From Felis catus (Eukaryota): a stretch of DNA of 64,000 nucleotides. Shown in pieces: positions 10,401 to 22,173 of the stretch. Under the pieces are notes generated by a model, which searched no databases, was not told the DNA's origin, and saw only the letters and a list, made by a program, of their open reading frames with translations. Position 1 is the first letter of the stretch. Every line of letters begins with the position of its first letter. The stretch spans positions 162,566,001-162,630,000 of the forward strand of contig NC_058368.1 of assembly GCF_018350175.1 (NCBI RefSeq), read 5' to 3'. A program made the position numbers and the translations under genes.

Positions 10401-11117
10401 TCTATAAAATAATGTAAAGCTGTGAATGCAATACATACTGCTTTTTCTCTAATAAGAAAAAATACTCTTTTTTGTACTGAATCACCAAGTCCTTCATTAT
10501 CTTTAATGAATATTTCCATTACTTACTTACTAGCATCATTAGATTTCCTAAGGATAAATCAGGTTGGCATTTCTCTGCTCAACATTTGGAAGTCTTATAT
10601 CCACACTGTATTGATACTTACCATCCTACAGCACAATGAGTGTTTAAGATAGATGTAACTGTGGTATCATGCCTGTTTCATGATTTTTGCACATTATTTT
10701 TGTTACCTTATGTTAATAGTTTTTTTCCCTTTCCTTACTGTAATGGAGCTAAATAAAAACTGCATTTCTGGTCTCTCCTCAAATATCTTTTCTCTACCCT
10801 CTCATAGAGTCCGGAGGCGAGTTCTGGGTTTCCTACAGGCAGAACCTTTTTATGAGATGGATTTTAGACAAATAAACTCAAGGAATTAAAGCATGTTCAA
10901 ATGTCCAAGGATGTTGTGAAGACTGACTTTCATTCCAGATCACATTTCTGAGTCATTTGTTTTCTTGACAAAGTTGATGGCCTAATGTAGAACGGGACCC
11001 ATTGGACTCTCTGCAGTGAAAACTTTGCTGTTTCTCTTTTTGAGAGCTAAGATATTATCTAACTGGGGCCGATGTGTGAAACTTGAAGTATTAAATTAAA
11101 ATGCCAACTGATGTATT

Positions 11118-11339
11118 TTTTTTAAGTTTTTTTTTTCAACGTTTATTTATTTTTGGGACAGAGAAAGACAGAGCATGAACGGGGGAGGGGCAGAGAGAGA
11201 GGGAGACACAGAATCAGAAACAGGCTCCAGGCTCCGACCCATCAGCCCAGAGCCCGACGCGGGGCTCGAACTCACGAACCGCTAGATCGTGACCTGGCTG
11301 AAGTCGGACGCTTAACCGACTGCGCCACCCAGGCGCCCC
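11118..11339 (-). mobile_element. Young feline Can-SINE
   Basis: Perfect 17-bp TSD ccaactgatgtattttt (11104-11120 / 11341-11357). Confidence 0.97.
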
Positions 11340-12595
11340 TCCAACTGATGTATTTTTACCACTACCAAACAACAACAAAACAAAGTATGAAATGAATGGT
11401 ATAACATCAAGCAGAAATCATTAACAACATAGAGGTTTTGATGACCAGCTGTTAATGAAAGATTTGGTGATCAAAATTTGTGGCACAGAGTAAATTTAGT
11501 GGCTGTGGAAGCCTTCTTTCTGTACTTTTCCAGTCACCTGACTTTTCTAGTAACAAGGACTTTAATTAAAGTTTTGGTTTTGATGTTTTTCTTGTTTCTC
11601 CTCTCTACAACTCAATTATGCAAACATTTCCTGAGAGTCAACTCGGATTACAGACTAGAGAAGTATGAGGTCTGGAGAAACTAATTGGAGGATGAGGAAA
11701 TTTTCTGGGAGAAGAGAATTGAGCTTGGTTTTGGAGGATGGGTTCTGGAGAAACATCCATGTCACTGAAGACGGCATTCCAGAAAAGAAACCAGGGGCAA
11801 CATGCTGAAAAGCTAGAGATATTTTCCATTAACTTAAAATTATAAATTATCATAGATTTCTTAGCTGGGAAAGACTTGGGAGTTCACTGATTCCCCTGGT
11901 CTACCAATTGCGTGATTTTCATCCTCGGAGTTGGCAGATGTGACTCTACATCATGGAAAGAAAAGGGAGGCTTTTAGTTTCATAAAAATATATTGTGCTA
12001 AAATTAAAATGTCAAATCAGTAGTCTTTCCCAATCACTTTATTTTACACAGAAGAAGGCAACCCAGTTGCAATTTTATGTACACAGAAATCCTCAACAGA
12101 AAGACTACATGCCATAAATTCCACTACTAGGTCATGTTTATAAATGTGCTAGAATTCTAGGTGGAAAATCCATTTTCCAGTAATTCCCACGAAGTGAAAT
12201 CAAAGTCCTTTTCAGGTGAAGTGTACATATGAATAACAAGGAAAGATTAATTTCCCAAGGTTATTTTATACAATAAGTATAATTTATAAAACACATGGTT
12301 CAAGACTATCAACAGAAATGATGATCTGTGAAATTAACACTACTATACTGAAAAAATACATTTCTAACTGTTATGATAGGAATAGTTTATCATCCATCTT
12401 TAGAAATATATTCATTATGCATTTTTTGAAAGATAATCAAGGGAAGGATACTTTCTAATGAAGGTTAACAATGGAAGAAAACTCAAGACTAGACTTCAGA
12501 CAACGGAAGACTAGAAACTGAAATTCTCTTAAGTTCTAAAACGAATTAAGTCGACTCAGATATATGATTAAGAAAATTTTATTATGGAAACATAC

Positions 12596-12793
12596 TTTTT
12601 TTTTCCTTTTTACTTGTGGGATCTCTGGATTAAGCCTTTCAAAAGAATTATATGGTCAAGACAATCAAATAAAATATCTGGTGTTATTTCCTTCCACATT
12701 TGGCTGAGTAACCAGACTGAACTGATCTTCATCAGATCAAAATACATGACCAGAGTTTTCCCCCTGTTCTTTTGAATACCTTCTTTTGCAGTT
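12596..12793 (-). pseudogene. Pseudo-exon remnant: KRIT1 N-terminal (Nudix-like) domain
   Basis: Pyrimidine-rich acceptor ...ccattttcag| at 12793 and donor AAA|gtatgt at 12596. Reads KEGIQKNRGKTLVMYFDLMKISSVWLLSQMWKEITPDILFDCLDHIILL vs KRIT1 NQGIRGKRVVLMKKFPL..ASLFIVPSVVKD..YTPGCPIFYCLQDIMRV. Confidence 0.6.
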
Positions 12794-12997
12794 CTGAAAA
12801 TGGTAGCCAGAAGCAAAGAAAAGTTAAAATTCATATTTTATTTCAAATTCTTTGGAAAAAATAAAGTATTAGCTTTTGTACAGTAAACGTTGTATTATAT
12901 AGCCAGCTATGTGGAAAGGAGTGTTCAGGTTTAGCAAATAGTCTTGTTAAAAAGACGATCAATATTAAATATATGCTTAGCTTTATTTTTTCATTAG

Positions 12998-13288
12998 AAT
13001 TTTTATTTTGAGATAATTATAGATTTACATGCAGTTGTAAGGAATCAAAAGAGAGATTCAATGTATGCTTCACCCAGTTTCCCCCAATGGAAACACATTG
13101 CAAATCTATAGTACAGTATCTGTTCTATAATTTCTATTTGGTGCTTTTCTATACATTTTATTTCTTCAGAGAAGTTCTAATTTTTCATTTGGAAAACTAT
13201 GGTACAATATCATTGCCAGGATATTGACAATGACAGCCAAGATACAGAACATTTATGTCACCACAAAGATCCTTCATGATTCCCTTTT
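12998..13288 (-). mobile_element. Old L1M (L1MB/MC-like) 3' end
   Basis: ttttgagataattatagatttacatgcagttgtaag...cacccagtttcccccaatgg...caggatattgac. Confidence 0.8.
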
Positions 13289-14006
13289 ATTTTTTTATTA
13301 GTTTTTTAATTGTCAAATTGGTTTCCATACGACACCTGGTGTTCATCCCAAGAGGTGCCCTCCTCAATGCCCATCATCCACTTTCCCCTCCCTCCCACCC
13401 CCCATCAACCCTCAGTTTATTCTCAGTTTTTTAAGAGTCTCATATAATTTGGCTCCCTTCCTCTCTAACTTTTTTTTTCCCTTCCCCTCCTCCATGGTCT
13501 TCTGTTAAGTTTCTCAGGATCCACATAAAAGTGAAAACATATGGTCTCTTTCTTTCTCTGTATGACTTATTTCACTTAGCATAACACTCTCCAGTTCCAT
13601 CCACGTTGCTACAAAAGGCCATATTTCATTCTTTCTCATTGCCAAGTAGTACTCCATTGTGTATATAAACCACAATGAGATACCAACTCACGCCAGTCAG
13701 AGTGGCCAAAATGAACAAATCAGGAGACTATAGATGCTGGAGAGGATGTGAAGAAATGGGAACTCTCTTGCACTGTTGGTGGGAATGCAAACTGGGCAGC
13801 CACTCTGGAAAACAGTGTGGAGGTTCCTCAAAAAATTAAAAATAGACCTACCCTATGACCCAGCAATAGCACTGCTAGGAATTTACCCAAGGGATACAGG
13901 AGTGCTGATGCATAGGGGCACTTGTACCCCAATGTTTATAGCAGCACTTTCAACCATAGCCAAATTATGGAAAGAGCCTAAATGTCCATCAACTGATGAA
14001 TGGATA
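13289..14006 (-). mobile_element. 5'-truncated, 5'-inverted feline L1
   Basis: The 3' UTR/poly(A) is antisense at 13289-13676. The adjacent ORF2 end (LKKLKIDLPYDPAIALLGIYP...CTPMFIAALSTIAKLWKEPKCPSTDEW) is on the + strand at 13667-14006. Confidence 0.93.
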
Positions 14007-14276
14007 TGCTGAACTTTAAAAACCATTCAGGGACCTCTTTATTGTATACATTTTTCAAGTTAAAGAACTCAATCTATTTTTATCTATGTTAATCATATTT
14101 TAGTTTCCACAAAACAATGCACTAGGAAATCTCAACAATGGCCTATTTTCTTGTCATTTTCCATTATAATTTAAAATTTTTAAAACAAATAAACCACTGT
14201 TGCAGTGTGAATTTAGCAGAGTACTATTTAAAATCCAAGATATATCTTCCAATGTATTAGAAACTATAAATATTCA

Positions 14277-14510
14277 GGGCACCTGGGTGGCTCAGTCTCT
14301 TAAGCGCCTGACTTTGGCTCAGGTCATGATCTCATGGTTCATGGGTTTGAGTCTCGTGTCAGGGTCTGTGCTGACAGCTCAGAGCCTGGATCCTGCTTTG
14401 GATTCTGTGTGGGTGTGTCTCTCTCTCTCTTTCTTTCTGCCCCTCCCCTGCTCACACTCTGTCTCTCTGTCTCTCTCTTAAAAATAAACATTAAAAAAAT
14501 TTTTAAAAGA
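14277..14510 (+). mobile_element. Can-SINE
   Basis: SINE head/body/tail; TSD ataaatattca. Confidence 0.93.
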
Positions 14511-15745
14511 ATAAATATTCAAACATTTGCTATCAATCTTTTTAATCTCAGAGTTTTACTTCCTTACTGTTAGGATTACTGGTTTTGATATTCAATTTTC
14601 ACTCTGTGAGAATGTGATACTTGCACCTAAACTTAAATTTCTGAGGTTCAAATGACAAGAAAACTCAAACACTAAGTTTAGTTTAATTAGCAAAAGTTAA
14701 GCTCCGGTGGCATTTATTCTACCAATGCTTACATGTAAGTGTTCTAGTCAGTTGAATTGATTATTTATTCAGAAAGGAATATTCCCAGAGATTTAATCAC
14801 AACATACAACTGAGTATTTTCAGATTTATACTATGTTAGAAAGGTGAACCTATCTTAATTCAAATATCATCCATTTACCATGTGCATATATCGACTCTTC
14901 CTATATACAAGTCTTTATGCCTGTATTAGCAGCAAATAGTTGGGTTCACATATCAAATACAAAGAGGATACCTATATTGACACCTAAATTCATAATTAAA
15001 ATTATTTATGAAAGGGTTCATTTTATCATCAGCTGTAGTAAAAGGGCATACATGAACTAACCCAGATCATATCACAATTTTTTCTCCCCCCACTGATTAC
15101 TTGTTTCTTACAGTTTTATTGTGGCCTTAGCAGTATTGCTCATATTTACTAGCTGTTTTCTTGTCTCCTCAATCAAACTAGGTTTAAACCTGTGTGAATT
15201 CAAGAAAGTATCTGTATGCTTTAGCATCCCATGAGATACACTTGTTCACATTAATAATATCCAATTTAGCAATGTAGCAATTTGGGAGGTAAGATACTGC
15301 CTAATGAAACATTCATCAACATATCTTACTCCTCACTCATTCTGCTCTGCTGTGTGTTTTATTTCATTCATTTCTTTTGTTTTATATGTTTTACTATCTA
15401 ATAATCTTTCTTCAAAATGGAGATAAAATTATAACTTAGTAGGAAGCTTTCTGGGACAAAAAGCAGCAAAGATGACTGAAATCATACAGGATGGAAAGTC
15501 TTTTTAATTGTTCTAGATCTTAGAAGATTACTTTTCTTTATCATTTTTTTTCTTAGTTCTAAATGTTCTTGTAAAAAGGACAGCCTTTGTTTTCTGATTA
15601 AACACAAATGTAGTTCAAAGGAAAGAGTAAACTGATTTTTTCAGAAATATCTGTTCAAAAGATGTATCTAAAATAATAAAGCATATGGCAGTAAATCAAA
15701 GGGAACACACTTACAAATTAAAACATGAAATCCTAATTATGATAC

Positions 15746-16013
15746 CTTGCATTGCAAAGATGCCAGTTTTTGTGAAACTAATTAGTCTTGTATAATGGAA
15801 AACTATAATTGAGTCTATATGGTTATGAGAGATGAAATTGAAAACAATTGCACATTTCCTGACATTTATATTTCTAAATTATCAAACATAATTGTTTTTT
15901 TTTATTTTTGCAGGTAATTGACTTGCAATTTTTATCAAGTTATTGGAATATATTCTTGCTCTGAAGTATTTTCATAATCCATATTCCAACAACTTCTTCA
16001 TTTCAGACTTCAT
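15746..16013 (-). pseudogene. Possible first coding pseudo-exon of the KRIT1-like fossil
   Basis: ATG at 16013. Mixed frames give MKSE / NEEVVGI / KYFRARIYSNNLIKIASQLPAKIKK ... IDSIIVFHYTRLIS..MQ(G), with donor CAAG|gtatca. KRIT1: [46 protein letters not shown]. Weak similarity. Confidence 0.4.
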
Positions 16014-16162
16014 AATGTGTTACACTTTTAACCCATTACTTAGCTGCAAGAAAATATTTTTACTAAAAAAGAATACTTTATGGATAAACTAATAAAATAT
16101 TTTATCACACTTTCTCATGGATACAATCCTTTTTATTATACCATTGATATAAATATCCAGAT

Positions 16163-16382
16163 GGGGCGCCTGGATGGCTCAGTAGGTTAAGCGACTGACG
16201 TCAGCTCAGGTCATGATCTCACCATTTGTGAGTTCAAGCCCCACGTTGGGCCCTGTGCTGCCAGCTGTGAGCCCGGAGCCTGCTTCTGATTCTGTGTCTG
16301 CCTCTCTTACTGCCCCTCCCCTGCTCGCACTCTGTCTCTGTCTCTCTTTCTCTCAAGAATAAACAAACATTAAAAAATAAAA
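16163..16382 (+). mobile_element. Can-SINE
   Basis: TSD atataaatat(c/t)caga. Confidence 0.94.
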
Positions 16383-16587
16383 TATATAAATATTCAGAAA
16401 TGTTTAAAAAGGGGGGATTGTTAACTGTCAATCTGGAATCATAATACTGTGTAAAGTCATTATTGAAACTCTTGTGTTACTTTTTTTATAAAGCTGTAAT
16501 TTTTATTTTTGACATTTTCAAGTATGAAAATGTTAAAAAACAAAAAATAAACAAACAAACAAACAAACAAACAAACAAAAAACACTA

Positions 16588-16743
16588 GGGGCACCTGGGT
16601 GGCTCAGTCAGTTAAACATTTGACTCTTGGTTTCGGCTCAGGTCATGATCTCATGGTTCATGAGTTGGAGCCCCCATCAGACTCTGTGCTGGCAGTGCAG
16701 CGCCTACTTGGGATTCTTTCTCTCTTTCTCTTCCCCTCCCTTG

Positions 16744-16803
<60 letters not shown>

Positions 16804-16850
16804 AATGGATAAACTTAAAACATATTTTCAAAAATGCTAAAAAAAACTAA
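16588..16850 (+). mobile_element. Can-SINE with internal (CA)n(CT)n microsatellite; (AAAC)n just upstream
   Basis: SINE head; compound microsatellite at ~16745-16800. Confidence 0.92.
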
Positions 16851-17269
16851 AAGAACTGACAAAAGATCATCTATTCAAGAGAACCAGAAAAGAGAAAGTA
16901 AAATGTTACTACAGGTTATGAATTCAAAGAGGATCACATTAAGTAATTTATGTTTGAAGGAAAATAGGAAAATTTTTTAGAAAGAATTATTTGATTAAAT
17001 TGGCAAACACGTGAGGCCTTGTTAAGTATTGTATTGGTCAACTAATGAGTGACCAGAGTCTATAAAAGTTCCAAAAAATTCCAAATAACAGAGGAACTGG
17101 CAAACAAATGTTTATTTTGCATTTGCCCTTCCCATTCCAGTGCACATCCTGAGTGACTCTGCCCTGCACAGAGACCTAGTGGAAGCTATGCTGCCTTTGT
17201 TAGTATTTTTTATCTGGACCATGAGTCCACCTTGTACATTGCAACAAAAAAGAAAGAATCCTCTAAGTA

Positions 17270-17432
17270 AAAGCTTTATCCCGGAAGCAAACCCAATCAC
17301 TTCTCACAGCCCGTTGGACAGAATTAAGAATCTATCACCAGCTTAACATCAAGGAGCAGAAAAATATAGTCTTCCCTATAGATCCAGAAAGAGAGGAAAA
17401 TTAGATGTTAGTGAGTCCTAGTGTTCACCACT
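17270..17432 (-). mobile_element. MLT1 LTR fragment
   Basis: cacttctcacagcccgttggacagaa...aaatatagtcttcc resembles the antisense MLT1 5' region. Confidence 0.5.
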
Positions 17433-18009
17433 GCATAATATTAAAGGTAATTCTATTATATTTTAGGTGACGAATTACCATTCTCTGTCTTAAAAATATT
17501 TAACCAAATTCAAATACTCAAATTTTAGTTGTTGCATTTTAATGATGCATCCATTTTTCAGTCTAAGTAGTAGGTCTTCTTTTATGAAACAAATTATGAT
17601 AAAATTATATTATTGTCTTATATTTCTATTTGAATTTGCTATTTCAAATCTAGGTTGTTCATCTAAATTTCTTGCTGTCCATTTTGTAATTTTTGTGGGA
17701 TAATTATTCTTACAAATCTAAATTTAGTAAAAAGAAATATGAATATAAAGTAATAGAAAGAAAAATTTCACTACAAATATCCTCATTTACACATTAAAAT
17801 TATGAAAAAAAATAAATTGAGTCAGGTAAATTGTGACTATAGAAAAACCCTATTCAGATATTAAAATAATAATCATGAAATATTAATTGGAAGTATGGAA
17901 TTAATTTAGAGTGAAAAAGTTGAAATTAAGCAAAATATGTAATTGCATGGATATGGGAAAAAATAAAAAGAAATTCAGAAAAACTGAAGGTATATGATGA
18001 GTTAGGATG

Positions 18010-18510
18010 CATCAGTACTCCTGTATCCCCCATAGGGATCTTTTAAAATGCAGATTCTGCTATCTTGGTTCGTCCAAGTTTCTGCATCTTGCTTAGAAAT
18101 GAGGTTATGCATTTCTTTCTTTTTCTTTTTTAACATTTGTTTATTTTTCAGATGGAGCATGAGCAGGGGAGGGGCAGAGAGAGGGAGACACAGAATCTGA
18201 AGCAGGCTCTAGACTCTGAACTGTCAGCACAGAGACCTACACAAGGCTCAAACCCACAAACTGAGAGATCATGACCTGATCCAGTCTGACGCTTAGCCGA
18301 TTGAGCCACCCAGGCACCCCTCAGGTTCTGCATTTCTTAAAAATGCAGGGCCTGATCTTACAACCATGAGATCATGACCTGAGCCCAAATCAAGAGTCAG
18401 ACACAACTCACTGACCCACCAAGGTGCCCTGAGGTTCTGCATTTTTAATAAGAGCTCATGTGGTGGGGTGCTGCTGCTACTGGTCCTCAGCCTAACTTTG
18501 AGATGCTGGC
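18010..18510. mobile_element. MER5-family hAT MITE carrying two minus-strand SINE insertions (18117-18320 full; ~18340-18429 head only)
   Basis: ttaaaatgcagattc ... ttctgcatttttaataag...ctgctactggtcc...ctttgag; the target sequence is present three times. Confidence 0.75.
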
Positions 18511-18532
18511 TTTTAGAATATATCAAGTGGTA

Positions 18533-18753
18533 GGCGCCTGGGTGGCGCAGTCGGTTAAGCGTCCGACTTCAGCCAGGTCACGATCTCGCGGTCCAGGAGT
18601 TCGAGCCCCGCGTCAGGCTCTGGGCTGATGGCTCGGAGCCTGGAGCCTGTTTCCGATTCTGTGTCTCCCTCTCTCTCTGCCCCTCCCCCGTTCATGCTCT
18701 GTCTCTCTCTGTCCCAAAAATAAATAAACGTTGAAAAAAAAATTTAAAAAAAA
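18533..18753 (+). mobile_element. Young feline Can-SINE
   Basis: Near-consensus SINEC_Fc body; no clear TSD. Confidence 0.96.
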
Positions 18754-19329
18754 GAAAATATGTAATATATATATTATATAATTATACATTATATGCCACA
18801 TTTTATAAGAAACATGTTATATATTTTATATGCATAAGATATAATATGTATTAAAACAAAATAAAATAAAAATTTTATTTTAACTTTAATGTCTTCTCTA
18901 TCAATGTATGCCCCTGACCAAAATATTATATTTGGCTTCATTTATAATTTATACACACAGTCTTTCTTATTCAAGCCCCTAGTTACTGTTATCTCTATGG
19001 AATTATAAGGCATATATTTTCAGAGAAAATATATGAACACTTTTCTTTTTCCTAATGTACCAAATTCAAGGTCCTATCCTGATCATTAAATTTACAACCT
19101 TCAGGATTAAATTTTATTTTTCATCTCAGCCTTCTTATATGATCTCTCTGGATTTTGTTGTTATAATATTGTCTTAAGCTTGCTATTTTTTCTATTAATA
19201 CTTTTCTCTTTCTCCCTCATATCATACTTTCCCTTAGAATGTTAATTCATTATATCTTATATTAAACTTGCTTATTTTCAACACCAAGCTAGTTGTTTCA
19301 GTATGCAGTTTTTGTATTGTGAAAATATG

Positions 19330-21140
19330 AAAAACATGATGCCAACAAATTTGAAAATATATATTTAATGGACCAATTCATGGAACATCAATAAGATAAA
19401 TGACTGACCTTGCATGAGAAATGGCTGAAATCCCACAAGAGGCAAAGTTGGCAAGAAGACACTGGAATGCTTTCCCACTAGTCTCTGGAACAAACCAAGG
19501 ATATCCATGTGTCAACTTCTATCAGACATTGTACTAAAGGTCTTAGTTGGTGGGAAAAAATTTTTTTGAAAGAAATACACTGAAGGCATGCAGATCAGAA
19601 TGAAAAAGTAATACGTTTTCACCTGCAGGGGATATGATCCTATATGCATAAAATCCTAAGGGGAAAAAAATGACAAAAACTAATAAATGAGTTCTACAAA
19701 GTCACAGGATACAAGTTCGATATTCAGAATCTATTTATCTCTATATACTAGCAACAAACAATCTCAAATAAAATTACGAAACAGTTCTATTCACAATAAC
19801 ATCAGAATAAAATAAGCTACTTTGGAGTGAATTTAACAAAAGAAATGTAAGACATATATACTGAAAATTGCAAAACATTGAGAAGACAATTAGGATCAAA
19901 TAAAAAGAGAGACATTTTATGTTCACTGATTGGAAGGCTTACTTTTGTCGCAATGGCAATTACCACCAAATTGATCTATAAATGCAGTGCAATCTCTATC
20001 AAATCTCAACAAGCTTATTTGTAGAAAATGAAAAGTTTATCCCAAAATTTATGTGGAAAAACAAAGGAACTAGAAGAGCTAAAACATATTTGAAAAAAAA
20101 GAAAGAAAGAAAGAAAGAAAGAAAGAAATACACATTGGAGAATTATAGTATTTGATTTTAACTTACTTTAAAATAATGCAGACAGTGTATAATCATAGCA
20201 TTAATAGATCAACGGACCAGAATTGGGAGTTCATAAACAGACCCTTACCTTAAAGTCATTTATTTTCAACAAAGATGCCAATACAATTTAATAAGGGAAA
20301 AATATTGTTGGGGTGCCTGGGTGGCTCAGTCGGTTGATCGTCTAACTTCAGCTCAAGTCATGTCTCCCTCTCTCTCTCGCCCCCCCCACTCTCACTCTGT
20401 CTCTCTCTCAAAAATAAATAAACATTTAAATTTTTTTTTTACATAAAGGAAGAATATTCTTTTATAAATGGTGCTGGAACAGTTGGTTGTACACTTGCAA
20501 GGAAAAAAAAAAGGTGGAAGAGGAAGAGAAAAGACCCTTATGCACACCATAAACAAAACATAAACCCAAAAATTATACCTCTAGGAATCTAGCCAAGAAA
20601 AGTGTTTCAAAGTCCACAAAAACATGTATGTTAATTGTTCACAGAAATATTAACCACTTATAAGAGCCTGAAGTGGAAATAATCTACCTGTAGGTGATCA
20701 TTTGAAGAAAAAAAATAAGAGAGACCATATCCACAAAATGGGATAATATTCAAAAATTTAAAAAAAGTACTGATAAATGCTACAAACTGGGTGAACCTCA
20801 AAAATATTATTCTAAGTGAAAGAGCTGAGAATATACAAAAGAATATGTATACTTTTTTGTATGAAATGATTGGAAAAGACAAATTTATAGAAACAGATAC
20901 CAAGGAGTATTTTCTCAGGCTGAGAATGGGAGTGATTAACTGTAAACAGGTAGGAGGCCATCTCAGGATGACTGAAATGTAAAGAGTGACCAACCACTTA
21001 GATTTGCCTCAGATGGAAGTGTGTCCTGGGATGTGGTACCTGGGGTGTTAATTTACTAAAATCCCTGAATTGTACACTTTCAACAATTGACTTTAGGGAT
21101 GTGTAAACTGATAAACAGAACAATAAAGCTATTAAAATAA
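19330..21140 (+). mobile_element. Old L1M ORF2-to-3'UTR remnant, interrupted by (GAAA)n and an internally deleted SINE (20310-20440)
   Basis: RT-region motifs (atgctttcccac, gatatgatcctatat, aagtcacaggatacaag, ttttcaacaaagatgcca) and an L1M 3' UTR (gaacctcaaaaatattattctaagtgaaag, gaattgtacactt). Confidence 0.85.
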
Positions 21141-21186
21141 CAGAATGATAAAATTACTAGATAAATTTCAGAAATACTATCTTGAG

Positions 21187-21221
21187 GGGCACCTGGGTGG
21201 CTCAGTCGGGGTCTGCTTAAG

Positions 21222-21261
<40 letters not shown>

Positions 21262-21315
21262 CCTCCCCTGCTCATGCACACAGGCTCTCTCTCTCAAAAT
21301 AAACATTTAAAAAGT
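21187..21315 (+). mobile_element. Internally deleted Can-SINE
   Basis: Head ggggcacctgggtggctcagtcg joined directly to the 3' body and (CT)n. Confidence 0.88.
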
Positions 21316-21497
21316 AATATCTTCATTATTAAGTAAATATACCAATTTGGAGTTTTGCAATATTCACCTTAAGCATCAAAAAGGAGAAAAAAGTTTCTCA
21401 ATTTATTGAAGTAACAACAAAAAATGAAATTTAATTTTATAGTGTATTCATTTTTCAAGTTTAGAAAATTGTATATTAAAATTTTAAGAAAAGGTTA

Positions 21498-21712
21498 GGG
21501 GCGCCTGGGTGGCGCAGTCGGTTAAGCGTCCGACTTCAGCCAGGTCACGATCTCGCGGTCCGTGAGTTCGAGCCCCGCCTCGGGCTCTGGGCTGATGGCT
21601 CGGAGCCTGGAGCCTGTTTCAGACTCTGTGTCTCCCTCTCTCTCTGCCCCTCCCCCGTTCATGCTCTGTCTCTCTCTGTCCCAAAAATAAATAAAAAACG
21701 TTGAAAAAAAAA
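21498..21712 (+). mobile_element. Young feline Can-SINE
   Basis: TSD aaaattttaagaaaagg (21478-21494 / 21709-21725). Confidence 0.96.
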
Positions 21713-22046
21713 TTTTAAGAAAAGGCATATTTACTGTTTAGGTTATATAAAAGTAAAAATAAACATGTCAATTCAATGATAAAGATGTTGCTGTTTTAGG
21801 GCATGTTGACAAACTCCACGAGCATTTATCCTATTAAACCATTTTTCTAAGTGGAAATATACTTTGTGTTTTAAAAGCTGTTGAAATAGTTAACTCTTTT
21901 TTTTTTTTTTTACAAAAATGTCACATGCAGAATGTAGTAGTGGTCTTAGTGAGTCATTTTCTTAAAATTTTAGCAGTTAATTAAATGCATTTTCTTCCTT
22001 AGTATACAAACAAGTCATGGTAGTTCTTTAAATGTTTGCTTATTTA

Positions 22047-22173
22047 GGGGCACCTGGGTGGCTCAGTCAGTTAAGCATCTGACCTCAGCTCAGGTCATGA
22101 TCTCACAGTTCATGAGTTCAAGCCCAACGTCAGGCTCTGTGCTGACAGCTCAGGGCTTGGAGCCTGATTTAGA

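Larger units (their letters stand above)
157..16013 (-). pseudogene. Decayed multi-exon pseudogene: KRIT1-like N-terminal domain + protein kinase (subdomains I-VII) + KRIT1/FRMD8-type FERM; 3' end probably continues beyond the left edge
   Basis: At least seven colinear minus-strand segments, several with AG/GT boundaries. Their translations, with stops and frameshifts, follow in order: KRIT1 N-terminal-like motifs, kinase motifs (IIG..VVYR..KFVA*R; NFIQ..LL.K..H; GFCQE..FKYC..NL; YLHS.KIV; ISDFG), then FERM motifs. Similarities judged by eye against recalled proteins. Confidence 0.7.

Noticed and set aside
10809..11080. Plus-strand acceptor followed by SGGEFWVSY (calpain-like GEFW motif)
   Set aside because: Stops in all frames and no further calpain motifs; not supportable.
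15893..15919. Poly-T cag|gtaatt resembling a recursive splice site on the + strand
   Set aside because: No evidence of a + strand long-intron host, and the tract is the antisense of a Lys-rich stretch in the putative first fossil exon.
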